A DNA stretch of 64,000 nucleotides from Mobula hypostoma. Its lineage: Eukaryota. Below are positions 11,160-24,275 of the stretch, piece after piece; within the stretch, counting starts at the first letter, position 1; each line of letters starts with the position of its first letter. The stretch spans positions 100,876,001 to 100,940,000 of the forward strand of contig NC_086107.1 in assembly GCF_963921235.1 (NCBI RefSeq), read 5' to 3'. The notes beneath the pieces are model-generated. The model was given only the letters and a program-made list of their open reading frames with translations. It had not been told where the DNA came from and made no database searches. Made by a program: the position numbers and the translations under genes.

Positions 11160-11870
11160 CCATAGCATCATTACCACTGATGTGGCCCCCTGGGGTGATT
11201 TACTCTCAGGGTTTTTGCACCTTTCTCAGTCTCTCTATGTGTGTAAGTGGGAGTGGACTGTGGTCTTTCCCCACAGAGTCATGGTGGTGGTTATACTGAG
11301 CTTTGATGCATCCCTCGGCCTGGACTATGCGAGTTGGCAGCATTCCATTACGGACCTCACTGTGCAGAGGGACCAACAAGTCTTGGGCAGCCCAAAGGGT
11401 GCCTTTCACTAAGTTGATGGCTTTCCAGGTGCACATGATGTCCGTCTTGGTGTACGTCCCTGGGAACAGCCCATAGAACAGAGATTCCTTTTATGCAGCT
11501 GCTGTGAATGAACTGAGACAAAGACCCTTGCATCCTTCTCTACACCCTCTCAGCACAGTCTGCAAAAAGATGGGTGACTGTCTCCCTCTCACTGCAGCTG
11601 TCCTGAGGGTGTCTGTACAGAAAGGATCTGACTGTGAGGGCCTCTTTTACCACTAGTCTTAGTTGTTGTTGGTGAGTTATGGCGATCAAGCAGCTTCAAC
11701 CATGTGAAAACTCTGTTCAAGGCTGCATTTCCGAGTTGTGTACTGTTTAGGTTGCAGGAATGGTACCCTGCCTTAATCTGAGGATGACCTGTACCACAGC
11801 GTTCCTGAGCAGACCCTTTGTCAAACCCACTGGAAGAAGTGGAAGCTGACATTACCTCAACTCCTGGTTT
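11160..11870 (-). mobile_element. Degraded L1/Tx1-clade LINE ORF2 C-terminal fragment
   Basis: Minus strand translates to ETVTHLFADC (zf-RVT-like) and WKAINLVKGTLWAAQDLLV. Confidence 0.55.
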
Positions 11871-12769
11871 ATCTGAGTGTCCAAACTAACAAAGAATATT
11901 CAGAATAACAATTTAAATTATACAGTTGTTAAAAATATTTTAATTAATGTATTGAACATAAATTTTAAGCATTTAGAGATAAAGATTGAGGGAGCATCCG
12001 GCCCACAATGTGCCGACCTTTTAGCCCACTCTTAGATCAATCTAACTCTTTGCTCCCAAATAGTCCTCAATTTTTCTGTAATTCCTGTGCCCATCTAGAG
12101 ATCTGAGACTTCTTTTTTCCGTCGTGAAGGTGTTTGGAATCTGCAGCACACTGCCTGAGGGGGTGGTGAAGGCAGGAACGCTTGTAATATTTTCAAAGTA
12201 TCTAGAAGTCCAGTTGAATAGCCAAGGCACAGAAGACTGTAGCCCAGGTGATGATAAATAAGATTGTAATGGTTGGTTGTCATGGAGGTAATGGGCTGAA
12301 GGGCCTGTTTCAGTACTGTGATTTTTTCATTATGATAAATATTTTTTGATTATGTTCACTTTAAAAATATGAAAATATTAATGCTACTTCATTTCCTCAC
12401 AACTGATCAAGTTAATTGAACTGGCTGACAGTTTCATGGAGATCCGCCAGCTATCTCCTCACTGCTGAGCTCATGTCAGACTTCCAGATGGGTGATGATT
12501 GTGGCCTCCTTTGTTTCCCAGGCTCTCTCCATTCTGCAGGTTGGAGCGTGACTGATGGGAATTCTCTGTCACTTTGGATTCTGAGGAGCTCAGTGGAAAA
12601 TGTAGTTGAACAAATGCGGAGGAACAGCTGTCAGCAGGCTTGGGGCTTCCACACATGAATCTGCAGAAATCCCAGCACTGTTAACCATACCCTGCAAATT
12701 CCTGGGTCATGGGATAGACAACCAAAAGTTTGGTCAAGGGGGAAAATTGCACTTGTATTGCTAATTACA

Positions 12770-13153
12770 TGGGTGGCGGGGCGTAGATGCATCTCTACCA
12801 AAGGAGGTGTAAGGCACTCCTTCCCTCTGCTAGCCTGCTGATCACCCTTGGGCAAGGTGTAGCATCCGCTTAGCCACCCCCCCCCCACCCACCGATCAGG
12901 GTCACGTGAAACCATGGGAGCAGGTGATGGATGGTCGTATGAGCAGCTGGTGCATATCACAAGTCCTGGTTATGCGACCACTGACACTAGGCAGACAGTC
13001 TCTGAAGAGTATTGACAACGGCTGGGGTCACCCACCTTGTAAAGACACTGCCCAGAAGAAAGCAATGGCAAACCATTTGTTTAGAAAAATATGCCAAGAG
13101 CAAACCTCATCACTATGATCGCCCATGTCATACAACACGGCACGTAACGAACA
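12770..13153 (+). mobile_element. Short non-autonomous RTE-related element; inverted copy at ~19700-20095
   Basis: RTE-type AGAAGAAAGCAATGGCAAACCA motif; its reverse complement recurs near 19790-19815. Confidence 0.6.
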
Positions 13154-15610
13154 ATTAGCAATCACAGGTGCAAATTAGAATTATTACGAGGAAATTTATC
13201 TCGTGTTCTTTGTGAGTAATTATTATACTTCAGATTGCTTATGGTAGAATTTAAATTTTAAGACTTAATAAAAATATCATATCAATATAACGTCACACTA
13301 AATCTCAGTCACTGATGTGGGAAATAAACTGATCATTTTTGGAACTACAGATTTAACATGGATGGGTGATTCAAGTTTGTACCATTCTTAGGTAAAATTT
13401 GAGCTATCATTTTGTAAAGTGTGTTTGCAGTGTAAATTATTGGTGCATTGGCTTCCATTAGGGACTTTGTGCATTTGATAGCTATTAGTAACTCGATATT
13501 CCCCACTGACTGTAATAGACCCTGTGTCAATACCTCTTCACTTCTGGAGATTAGCCACTAACTTGAGCTACAAGCAAAAGTATCTTCCACAATCTGTTAA
13601 TTTAAAAAATGAAGTAGCATTTTTTAGTTCCTTTGATGACATAGAAGGTTGCTCTCTCTTGATTGGGATCGACCATGGATATTACGTCCTAGTTGTCTAC
13701 ATGAGAAACATATTATTATACAAACCAGGGCAGTACGATCTGGAGAGCCCATGCAGCAGGCTCCCTTTCTCCACACAGCTGATGAATCCAAAGAAACGGC
13801 AGATATCAACACAGTTTGGCATCAGTGGTGTTGCAGGACTTGCCAGTCAGCGTTGAGCTCAATGCAGGACTGCCTTAGGGACTAGCTCCAGATTTTTCCT
13901 CGGGGTTTACTCCCAAAGCCTTCCCCATAGGTCGGTATAGCCGCAAGGCAGTGAAATTTTGGGATCAGAGTTTTCTTTCTAGATTGCTGTGACCATGGTT
14001 GACGAGCCCCATCTTCCCAAAGTGACTGGTTTTAAGACCAGTAACGGACCTTCGCCCTTCTTCTGTCGATAGAAACGGTTCTGCCTGGCTTAGTAGCTAA
14101 GCCACACATGAAGGCCGGGAGCTGGACTTGGTTGTCAGAGGCTATTTGAGATGTACATCATTGGGAGCATTTTATAGGTAGTTGGAGCTTATCCCCACCT
14201 ACACATAGTCATAATCATACTTTATTGATCCCGAGGGAAATTGGTTTTCATTACAGTTGCACCATAAATAATTAAATAGTAATAAAACCATAAATAATTG
14301 AACAGTAATATGTAAATTATGCCAGGAAATAAGTCCAGGACCAGCCTATTGGCTCAGGGTGTCTGACCCTCCAAGGGAAGAGTTGTAAAGTTTGATGGCC
14401 GCAGGCAGGAATGACTTCCTATGACACTCTGTGAACACCCCTGGCTATAACAACCTTAAGGAACCAGTGTTCTGATATTCATTGTGAAGAGCTGTGGCCA
14501 GGAACTGATGCCCGTGACATTCCACTAGTTAAGTTTCTCAACCTGAAGATGACTTATTTATTCATCCCCATTAAGAGCAGGTGATCCCATGCTATAATTC
14601 TTAAAATGGCAGTAATCAATATTACATATGTCACAGTCCCAGATTCAATCCCCATTTTGCATCGTGTTAGCTGCAATAAGATGTGTAAATCACGTCACTC
14701 AAGGTGATTTTGTGTGGCTCTTTTGGGAAAGGATAGACAGAATGTTGTTCTCAGAAAAGTGATTATAGATGCTGTGAGCCTGCGAATCTGGGACCTGAGC
14801 AAAATTACTGGAGAGGAAAAAAATCATTCCCAATACCTTTATTCAGAATAAGAAGAAAGACTTGAATTAATCTAGTGCCTATTTTGGAGTGTGACTAAAA
14901 TATTTTGCAGTGGATTTAGTCTGTGTTAGAATGTAAGATGTCCTTGTCAGGAATAAAAGAATGGCATTTAAGCTCTCCTGAAACCTCGCCCTTCTTGAAA
15001 CCACCTTTTTTCCATGAATATTCTTCATCTTGTGCAATTCCAAAACTTTATTGCCCATTTTTTGATAGGAAGAGCCTAAGCAGTCCAGACCCTGGCTGTC
15101 ACCAATGTGCAAGCACATTGCATTAAAGGTTATTGGAAAAGATTTGGAAGCAGCAACCATAGTTAATTTATTTTCCCACCTCCTATCTTAGGGGTACTAT
15201 AGTGTTTCTTATTTACTGCCTAGTTATCTTGATAACACTATTGCATTGTTGCTCTAATCTAATTAAATTTTCTATTAATCCTTTGGGATGGTTCAGTGGT
15301 TCCATTCAATATCAGAGAATGTATATAGTATACAACATGAAGTTCTTGCTCTTCGCAGACATCCACAAAACCGGAAGAGAACCCCAAAGAATGAAAACAC
15401 AAGAAGGACCCCGAAGCCCCCTCTCCCCCCTCCCATGCACAAGCAGCAGCAAAGCATCAACCTTCCCCCTCCCACTTATTTCTGCCTGAAGCATCAGCAC
15501 CCTCCACCCACCAAGCAAGCAAAAGCAAAGCCCCCAAACAGACCATGATCTGCAGTCCACCCAACACTATTATTCAGCCAAGACTTCGACATGCTGCAGG
15601 CGTGCGTTTG

Positions 15611-15613
<3 letters not shown>

Positions 15614-15673
<60 letters not shown>
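15614..15673. repeat. Compound (CT)n(CA)n microsatellite
   Basis: Read directly. Confidence 0.95.
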
Positions 15674-16285
15674 GGGACAGAGAGGTATCACCCTTTCCAC
15701 AGCGAGAGGGGAGACCAAACAACCCATAGCCGCTGTTATAATGTTACAGTCTGCCATGTTGCTTTTATTTCCAATATTGTGAAAGTATGTGATTTGAAGG
15801 CGGTCCTACAACTGAGATCACATCCCAACCCATGTGAGCATTGGGATAGGTGACCAGAAGCTTGGTTAAAGTGACAAAGGTCGAGAGGTTTACGAAATAT
15901 TTGCAACATAATTGTACATTCCTCTTGGCTTCATCAATTCTGATTTTCATGTTGTCTATAAGTTGTCTTCTTTCTCACCATGACTCACCCCTTCATCAAA
16001 TCCACCTACTCCTTTCTCTCATGTACATTTAAGTGCATCTATCCTAGTCTCAACTACTGCCACTGTTAATGAATTCTATGTTTCCGAGTAAGGATTTTCT
16101 TTCTGACTTCCCCAGTGGCCATCTTATATTTATGGTCCATGGCAGTATGACAAGAACATTTGTTTAAAAAAAATGAAGTGCAGAGTTTGGTTCTAGATTG
16201 CCAGTAATGAAGCAGTGAAAGTTGGGGTGTTACAATGGAATTATTCTGAAATATTTCCTAATCTTCATCTTTTATTGATTTGCAG

Positions 16286-16334
16286 AGGCGTAAAGAATAT
16301 TTGAAGATGTACAAAGAAAGACAAGAAGCTTTGG
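16286..16334 (+). CDS. NOL12: NOL12 coding exon 3
   Basis: TTTGCAG|RRKEYLKMYKERQEAL+G|GTAACT; 49 nt; resembles human RHQEYLKMLAEREEAL. Confidence 0.95.
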
Positions 16335-17419
16335 GTAACTTGCATTTTTTTAATCAAAGTAGATGCTGATTTTACGTGCAGTCGAACTACACAGCCAGGG
16401 TTTTTGCTTGGGGTTTTTTTTAAGGGCACATTCTCAGCACCAGCCATTTTCCAGCCACATTTATGACTCTGGAGTTCAACAGCTAGAGTCTCAGCTCTCG
16501 TTCATGACTGAAGTATGGTGATGAACAGACTAAAACTCTGCAGAATCTTTTTCCACTCCTCTCCTGACTCTCATTGGGAATGAAGTTATATACAGGCTCT
16601 GTTAAGTCTTCTAGCTTCATGTTATTTGTCCATGTGCAAATCTGTATCTAACATCCCTCGTGAATAATCCTCATGTCATGAAATATAAGTGGTTCTTTGG
16701 AAGTGCTAAGCTCCTCCCAGCCCCTCTTTCTTCTGCTCTTTATTAAGTGCTTTCTTTGTCTTTTATGTGTCAGGATTTGTCCACTGGGGTTGGGTGGGAT
16801 TACAACCAGAGGTCATGGATTGAGGGCGAAAGGTGAGAAGTTTAAGGGGAACATGAGGGGAAACCTCTTCACTCAGAGGGTGGTGAGAGAGTGGAATGAG
16901 CTCCCAGCATAAGTGATGCATACAAGCTTGATTTCAAGAGAAGATTAGATATCAATCAAATCAACTGAGAAAGACACTCAAAGACACTCCCACTTGACTG
17001 GAAACATTTCCACTGAAAATATTTCACTGTTCCTTGCAGCTAAGAAATCCTTTAGAATTGTACTCACTGCTGGAGGAAATGAGGTAACCAGATTGGGAAC
17101 GGCAAGGTCCCACAAACTACAACGTGTTAATGTCCAGAGAATCTAATGATCTTGGTTTTGGGATAATTTTGGTAAGGATATTGAAGAGCACTCCCCTTCT
17201 GTATAATACTTCACAATCTTTTTGAGAGAGCTGGAAGTATTCATTGAAATACCAGCATTCATTTGGAACATGCTCTTCACTTTAATGTAGCTGTTTTGAT
17301 TTGTCCTCGGAATGGAGTCTGGGACATCCAGTTTGTAGCCCTACCACCTCCATGACGAAAAGTAAGGGATCATCTAACTTATTCCGGGCAGGGTAGCTCA
17401 GTGGTATGGCAGGCCTTGA

Positions 17420-18170
17420 CTCCGGGTCATTAACCAACATCCATCAGACCCTGCATAATCCTATAGATCAGGCAGTAGCTAACGCAACTCACTTAAAAAA
17501 GGATGGAGGGAGAAAACCGGGAACTATAGATTAGTTAGCCTGAGATACAGAGAGTGAAAAAATCGGTCAAAGTTAGCATAGATTTATGAAAGGAAAATCA
17601 TTGTGCTTGACAGATTTACAGGCAGGATTTGAGTATGGAACTATTAGAGGGAGAAGCAGTGTATGTGGTATATTTGGATCTTCAAAAAGATTCAGCAAGA
17701 TTCCACATGAGAGTCGCATGTGGGAATGAAGAACTGGTTGGCAGACTGGAAAGAAAATGTGCCCTTTTCCAACTGGCAAGCAGTAGCTAATGGAGTACCA
17801 TGGTGTTCTAGCAATGGCCTGATGTATGAAGAGAGGAGTGACTGGACTTCTGTTTGCTAGAATTTAGAAGAGTATGAGAGGGACCTTGCAGAAGTTTGAG
17901 GAATCCTAATGGGACTAGACAGACTGAAAGTGTAATCCTAACTGTGGTGAAGTCTGAACGTAAGCCGTTTAGAACCGACATGAGGAATTTCATTCAAATG
18001 TTTGGTGAACCTGTGGTTTAGTTGAACCCAAGATATATTAAAGAAGAAATCGAGTTTATGTTTTTAGGGTTAATGTGATCAAGGAATATTGGATCAACTG
18101 TGATGCTCTTAAATGGCAAAATAGGCTCAAAGGGCCAAAAGGCCTTCTGCTACTCTTAATATCTATGTAA
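17420..18170 (+). mobile_element. Highly degraded CR1 LINE
   Basis: Remnants of GNYRPVSL, KGKSCLT and GVP-like motifs plus a CR1-like 3' end. Confidence 0.55.
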
Positions 18171-18533
18171 GGAAATATGTGCACAGAAGGAACTTGTATT
18201 TCTTCACTTATTTCACTTGTATTTCATAAACCTTTCTGTTTCACTCATCACTTTTAAAACACTGCTTTAATTTTTACATTTTGCTCTTTTTTTTATTTTG
18301 GTCACCTTGTCTAACCATATTGTGTATCTGTGTAAAATTGTCTTATTGTGCTCCTTTGAGAAGCTTGGGATATTTTATCAGGTTGAAGACTATATAAGTG
18401 TAGATTATTGGCACGTTTCAGATCTCAAAAGGTCCCAGTACAGTTTTTAATTCCTGTTAGATACTCTGTGCCCATTGCATTCTGGGAATACATGTGCTTC
18501 AAGATGGTTGTGTTGTTTCCTGTTTACTTACAG

Positions 18534-18676
18534 AGGAAGCTGATGAGTTAGATCAACTGGCAACCTCCAAGAAAGAGTCTATTCAATATGACCATCCAAA
18601 TCACACGGTCACCGTGACAACGATCAGCAATATTGATTTGGCTGGCAGGAATTTATTCCCCCATCGTGCCAATCAG
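18534..18676 (+). CDS. NOL12: NOL12 coding exon 4
   Basis: TTACAG|(E)[53 protein letters not shown]; 143 nt; [15 protein letters not shown] matches human NOL12 as I recall it. Confidence 0.97.
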
Positions 18677-18762
18677 GTAACTAAATAGTTGAAACTGAAG
18701 GAGAGGCAAGGGCAGAATTATTTGATTGGTAACAATCTTAAAAACATATGGAATATTTTAGT

Positions 18763-19013
18763 ATAAATATACGATTTGCCACTACGACATCTGCTATCAT
18801 AACGCTGTCAGTTTTGACGAATGGTACGCAACTGAAACTTTCCAGAAGCTATCACTACTTGCTATAAACACAAGAAATTCTGCAGACACATAAATATAAA
18901 ATTTGCCACTATGACATTTGCTATCATAATACTGTCAGTTTTGACGAATGGTACACACCTGAAATTTTCCAGAAACTATTACTACTTGCTATAAACACAA
19001 GAAATTCTGCAGA
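18763..19013. repeat. Diverged tandem duplication, period 127 bp
   Basis: Units start ATAAATAT at 18763 and 18890 and both end ...AGAAATTCTGCAGA. Confidence 0.9.
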
Positions 19014-19127
19014 TGCTGGAAATCCAATGCAACACACACAAAACCCTGGATGAACTCAGCAAGTCAGACAGCACGCATGGGAATGAACAAACAGTTGATG
19101 TTTCGGGCCGAGACCCTTCTTCTGGAC
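18991..19127 (-). mobile_element. Single-arm PLE pLTR remnant with degenerate hammerhead
   Basis: TSD TTACTACTTGCT at 18979-18990 and 19128-19139. Confidence 0.8.
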
Positions 19128-20439
19128 TTACTACTTGCTGCTCTCTCTCTTTATTCTCCTGCTGGGAATCCGCTAGTAGAGGACCAATAGGCCTCTATTC
19201 AATTACACTGCTATATAATCTTAGAGAGCAGATAATTCCACCTCCCCATCACAAAGACGTGGGTGGTTGGTTAATTAGCCACTTTATGTGTAAGTGGTAG
19301 AATCTGGGGGGAGTGAATGGGAACGTGAGGGAATAAAATAGGATTAGTGTAAATAGATACTTGACAAAGGGCCTGTTTCTGTGCTGTGTGACTCTATAAA
19401 TACTGTTCAGTCAGCAGCTCTAGGAGGAGTTTCAGTTCTAGGTTCTGTGTGTACTTGTACATCAGCAACTTGCATTTTATTAACACATATCACATAGTAA
19501 AAGGTGCAAGGCATTTCCCAGAAGTGACATCAAACAAAATCTGATATTTTGAGGAGTTAGGGTGAATGACTCCAGGCATGAAGGGATACGGGGAGAAGGC
19601 TGGAGACTGGGGCTGAGAGGAAAAATGGATCAGCCATGATGAAATGGAGCAGACTCGATGGGCCGAATGGCCTAATTCTGCTCCTGTGTCTTATGGTCTT
19701 ATTGTTTGTTCGTTATGTGCCGTGTCATATGACGTTGGCGAGCATGGTATTTCCATGATCATGATTGTTCTTGGCAAATTGTTCTACAAAAGTGGTTTGC
19801 CATTGCCACCTTCTAGGCAGTGTCTTTATTAGACGGGTAACCCCAGCAAATATCAATACTCTTCGGAGATAAAACCATAAGACATAGGAGCAGAATTAGG
19901 CCATCTGGCCCTTCGAGTCTGCTCCGCCATTCAATCATGGCTGATCCTTTTTTTTCTCCTCCTCCCATGGCTTCACATGACTCTGATCGGGGCCTAAGCA
20001 GGTGCTACACCTTGCCTATAGGTGACCTGCAGACTAGCAGAGGGAAGGAATGCCTTACATCTCCTTTAGTAGGGATGTATCTCTACACTGCTACCTTTAT
20101 GGTCTTAAAATCTACCACTTTGTCCAGGCTACCTTTATAAGATAATATCAAATTTTGATAACTTGCAAATTGCCCCTATCTGTTACTCCAGAGCTGTTAT
20201 TTCAACACAATTTATATTTTTATGCATTTTAATCTGCCTCAAATTTCAATAGGAAATAAACTGAATCTGAGCAGCTACTTCACTCTTCAATCTCATAACT
20301 GAGGAATTTACACTGTTGGAGGTATTCCTTTACTCTTCATTGCCACTGGAGACCAAGTGTGGGGGTTACTGAAATTGTCTTTGTGCTACAAATGTAAAGG
20401 AAGCATTCTTAAGGTTTAGAAAGCAAAAATCAGACTGGG

Positions 20440-23300
20440 TTCTTATGGATTAAAAACATAACAGGAAAGTGCTGAAGCAGGGAATTCTGGAGGCCAAAAG
20501 AGGCCTTGAAATGTTCTTGTCAAGCAGGGTCAAGAAAGTCCTAAGGCATTTTAACAAGAGGATAACTAAGGAGAGGGTAGGTCGACTCAAAGATAAAAGA
20601 AGGGAATTTGTTCTTGGAAGTCAGAGCAAGTGTCAAAGGTATTAAGTGAGTGTTTTGTGTCGGTATTTACTGAGGACGAGGATTTGGAGTAGTGTGAAGA
20701 CAGAGCTGGGCATGCAAATGTGCTGTGATGTTTTAAGAATAAGGGGAGAGTCCAGAGTCTGATGAAAAGCATTGAGGTGAATAAGTCCCCAGGGCCCAGA
20801 ATATTGAAAGAAGCAAGTGAGGAGATTGCTGTGCCTTTGATGAAGATCTTTGTGTCCTCCCTGGCAACGGGCAAGGACCCAGAGAATTAGATAGCAGCAG
20901 ATGTCGTGCCTTTCTCCAAGAAAGGAAATAGGGATAACTCAGGTAACTATAGGCCAGTGAGCTTCACACTGGTAGGGAAGCCTTTGGAGAGGATACTGAG
21001 GGATAGAATTTGTGCACATTTGGAAAGGCATGTTTTTGTGTAGGCAGGTTATGCCTTACAAATTTGATCAAGTTTTTTTTCAGGAGGTGACAAAAGAGGT
21101 TGATGGAGTGAGGCAGTGGACTTTATCTACATGGATTTCAGTAAGGCATTTGATAAAGTTCCTCTTGGTAGGTTGATGCAGAACATAAAAGTGTCTGGGA
21201 TTAAGGGTGAATTGCAAGTTTAGATTCAAAACTGCTTTCCCCATAGAGGACAGTAGGGATGGAAGGCTGTTACTCTGGAGATCCGTAACCTTTGTTGTGG
21301 AGACTTTTGTTTATGATCAACAGGCAACCTCTGATTGTCTCAAGATGGCGCCAATAAGTATTGACTCTATGTGTGCAGCTCTGAAGGAAATCATCAAAGA
21401 TTGCCATTTAGGAATCCACAGACACAGCCACAAGTACTTCAGTAAGCAACATTGTTAAACAATCTATCAATATTCAAACCTAGCAAATCAGTGGACCCTG
21501 GACAGCAGAATTCATGCTGTGAATGCATTTCCCCTCTAAGAAAACAGAAGCGTGGAAGCTGAGCCAGTCTGTAGGTACGATTGAAACACAGGCTTTAGAC
21601 CCCCACTCCTGACTATCCTGCTGGTAAATATAGTGTCTCTGGAAAATAAAACTGAAGATCTCAGAACTAGACTGCAGTATCAGAGGGACATCAGGGACTG
21701 CTGTGTACTTTGCTTTACGGAAACATGGCTATCCCCTGCATCACTGCAGCCCGATAGCTTCACTATTCTCTGCAAAGACAGGACAGCTCAGTCTTTGAAA
21801 GGTAGATGAGATGGAGTATGCTTTATGATTAACTCATTGAGGTGCACAGGTTCCGGGTCCAATGTATTGATGCAATTACAAAGAAGCCACAACAACAGCT
21901 ATATTTTATTTGGAGTGTGAGGAGACTTGGTATGTCACCAAAGACTCTTGCTAGTTTCTACAGGTGTGCCTTGGAGAACATTCTAACTGGTTGCATCACT
22001 ATCTGGTGTGGAGGAGCCACTGCACAGAATCAGAAAGTTATAAACTCAGCTAGCTCAATCATGTGCACTAGCCTCCCCAGCATTGGACATCTTCTAAAGG
22101 CAATGCCTCAAGAAGGCAGCATCCATCATTATGGACCCCCATCATCCAGGACGTGCCCTCTCATTGCTACCATTAAGGAGGAGGCACAGGAGCCTGAAGA
22201 CATCCTGTCATTGTTTCAGGGACAGCTTCCTCCCCTCCACCTTCAGATTTCTGAATGGAAAATGAACCCATGAACAGTACTTCACCTTTTTGCGCTCTCT
22301 GTTTGCATCACTTAAGTTTTTATATATATCTTATTTAAAAGTTATATTTTTATTATATATTGCAATGTACTGCTGCCGCAAACCCACAAATTTCATGACA
22401 TATACCAATTAAATTAAATTTGATTCTGATTCTCATGTATATCAATGATTTGGATGAAAATTTAGGTGGGTGGAGTTGTGGACAATGTAAAGGACTAACA
22501 AAGAATACGGTGGAATATAGACCAGGTACAGGCATGGTCAGAGTTTAACGGACAGGTGGAAATTAATCCAGGGAAAAGTGAGGAATTGCACTTCAGGAGG
22601 TAAAATGAAATACGAAAATATACGCTTAATGGGAGACCCCTTAATGACGTCAAGGTACAGAGGGACCTTGGGGTCCAGATCCATAGTTCATTGAAAGTGC
22701 CTACACAAGCTGATAAGGTAGTAAAGAAGTTGAATGGCATATTTGACTTTTCTGAAATGGAAGTTGAATATAAGAGTCAAGCTGCAACTTTATAAAACTT
22801 TAGTCAGACTGTACTTGGAGTATTGCATTCAATTCTGGTTGCCCCCTTATAGGAAGGGTGTGGAGAGGGCACAGAAGATATTTACCCAGATTCTGCTTGA
22901 TTTAGAGGATTTGAGCTATAAAGAAAGGTCGTACAAACTTGCTCTCCCTAGAACTTCAAGGGCCGAGGGGGAAGCCTGATAGACGTTATCAAAATTATGA
23001 GAGGCATAGGATGGGGTAGAAGGTCCAAATATTTTCCCCAAGGTAGAAACGTCAAACAATAGACATCATGCTTTTAAGGTTACGGGGAGAATTTTAAAGG
23101 CAAAGTGAGGGCAACTTTTTTACGCAAAGAATTGTAGTTGTCTGGAATGGGTTACCAGGGGTAATTGTGGATTCAGGGGCGGTCTCATGGAATTTAAGAG
23201 GCTTATAGACACATGAAAATGAAGAGAATGGAGGTATTTGGAGAGAGCTTTAGTATAAATGTCATAAGATTTGTATGGCCTGTCCATTACTGTCCTGTTT
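20440..23300 (+). mobile_element. Degraded CR1 LINE interrupted by an internally deleted Rex1/Babar element (~21290-22435)
   Basis: CR1 RT remnants on both sides (GNYRPVS, MDFSKAFDKV; LYKTLVRLYLEYCIQFW); inner ORF 21842..22273 MSPKTLASFYRCALENILTGCITIW with GATTCTGATTCT tail. Confidence 0.7.
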
Positions 23301-23347
23301 CTATGTACTAATTGTGTTTAAGTGGCTTTCTTTTCTTATTTTTGGAG

Positions 23348-23460
23348 TCGGAAGAAAATGAGGAAGAGCAGGCACAGGAGAATGATGTGGAAGAGGAAAT
23401 GCTTGTGAAAACCAACAACCCATTACCGAAGAAACGAGATGAGCCCATATTATCTGCAAA
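23348..23460 (+). CDS. NOL12: NOL12 coding exon 5
   Basis: TTTTTGGAG|SEENEEEQAQENDVEEEMLVKTNNPLPKKRDEPILSA+AA|GTAGGT; 113 nt; phases 0/2 fit neighbours; LPKKRDEPILS resembles human LPRKSRDPLLS. Confidence 0.85.
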
Positions 23461-24275
23461 GTAGGTGGAGTATTTTGAAACATATCATTTGGTAAACTTT
23501 TAATCTATTTAGAGGTCAAGTGCAGCTAAATTGAATATGTGATGTCCTGTAGAACAGTATACTATAAACAGATCCCTGTTCAGTCTTTTCTGTCTTGCAG
23601 TGCCACGTCTGCCAAGCTCCTAGCTAAGTCTGACAAGTTGAGCCTCTGGCAAACTACTTCAGTCATCAATTAATAGTAGGTGGCAGAGTCTATGTATTCA
23701 GCTTTGACATGTGATGTGGATTCCTCCAGCTGACGGACAAAGAAATACTTGGGAAGCATCTATCACTGTTCCTTTTAAGATTGCACCTCATTTTTGCTTA
23801 TCACCTCAAGTAAGGGCACAAGGAATTAATCGCCTAAGAGGAAAGTACATTTAAAAATACAGTACTGTGCAGAAGTCTGAGCCACGTATTTTTCGGTAGG
23901 AGGGTACCTAAGGCTTTTGCACAGTACTGTAAATGGCAATAAGGTTCGTTCCCTGATGACCTCGATGCCTTTTATGCTTGCTGTTAGGGAGTATTCTGGG
24001 GTTATGTGAATATAGCAGATATTAATTCAAACAAGAACCAGTCCAGTTCTTAAATGTAAATGTAAATTGCAAGCAGTAAATTGATATTATAGTACTGTCA
24101 AAAGACTTTTGTACTTAAAATCTGCTTTACCCTCTTTTTTTATATAATGCATCGATGTCCATCCCTCACTGTAAGACCGAGGCTCACACCGTATATCCTC
24201 CCACGCTCCCTTTTTTTGGGATTTCACTGGATCAGAGTCCCCCTGCCACTGCGAACAGGAGAGATTGGTCTTAGC

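Noticed and set aside
16518..16567. Possible C/D-box snoRNA (GTGATGA...CTGA) in a NOL12 intron; similar motifs at ~7880 and ~12491
   Set aside because: Too short or no convincing terminal stem; no rRNA complement recognised.
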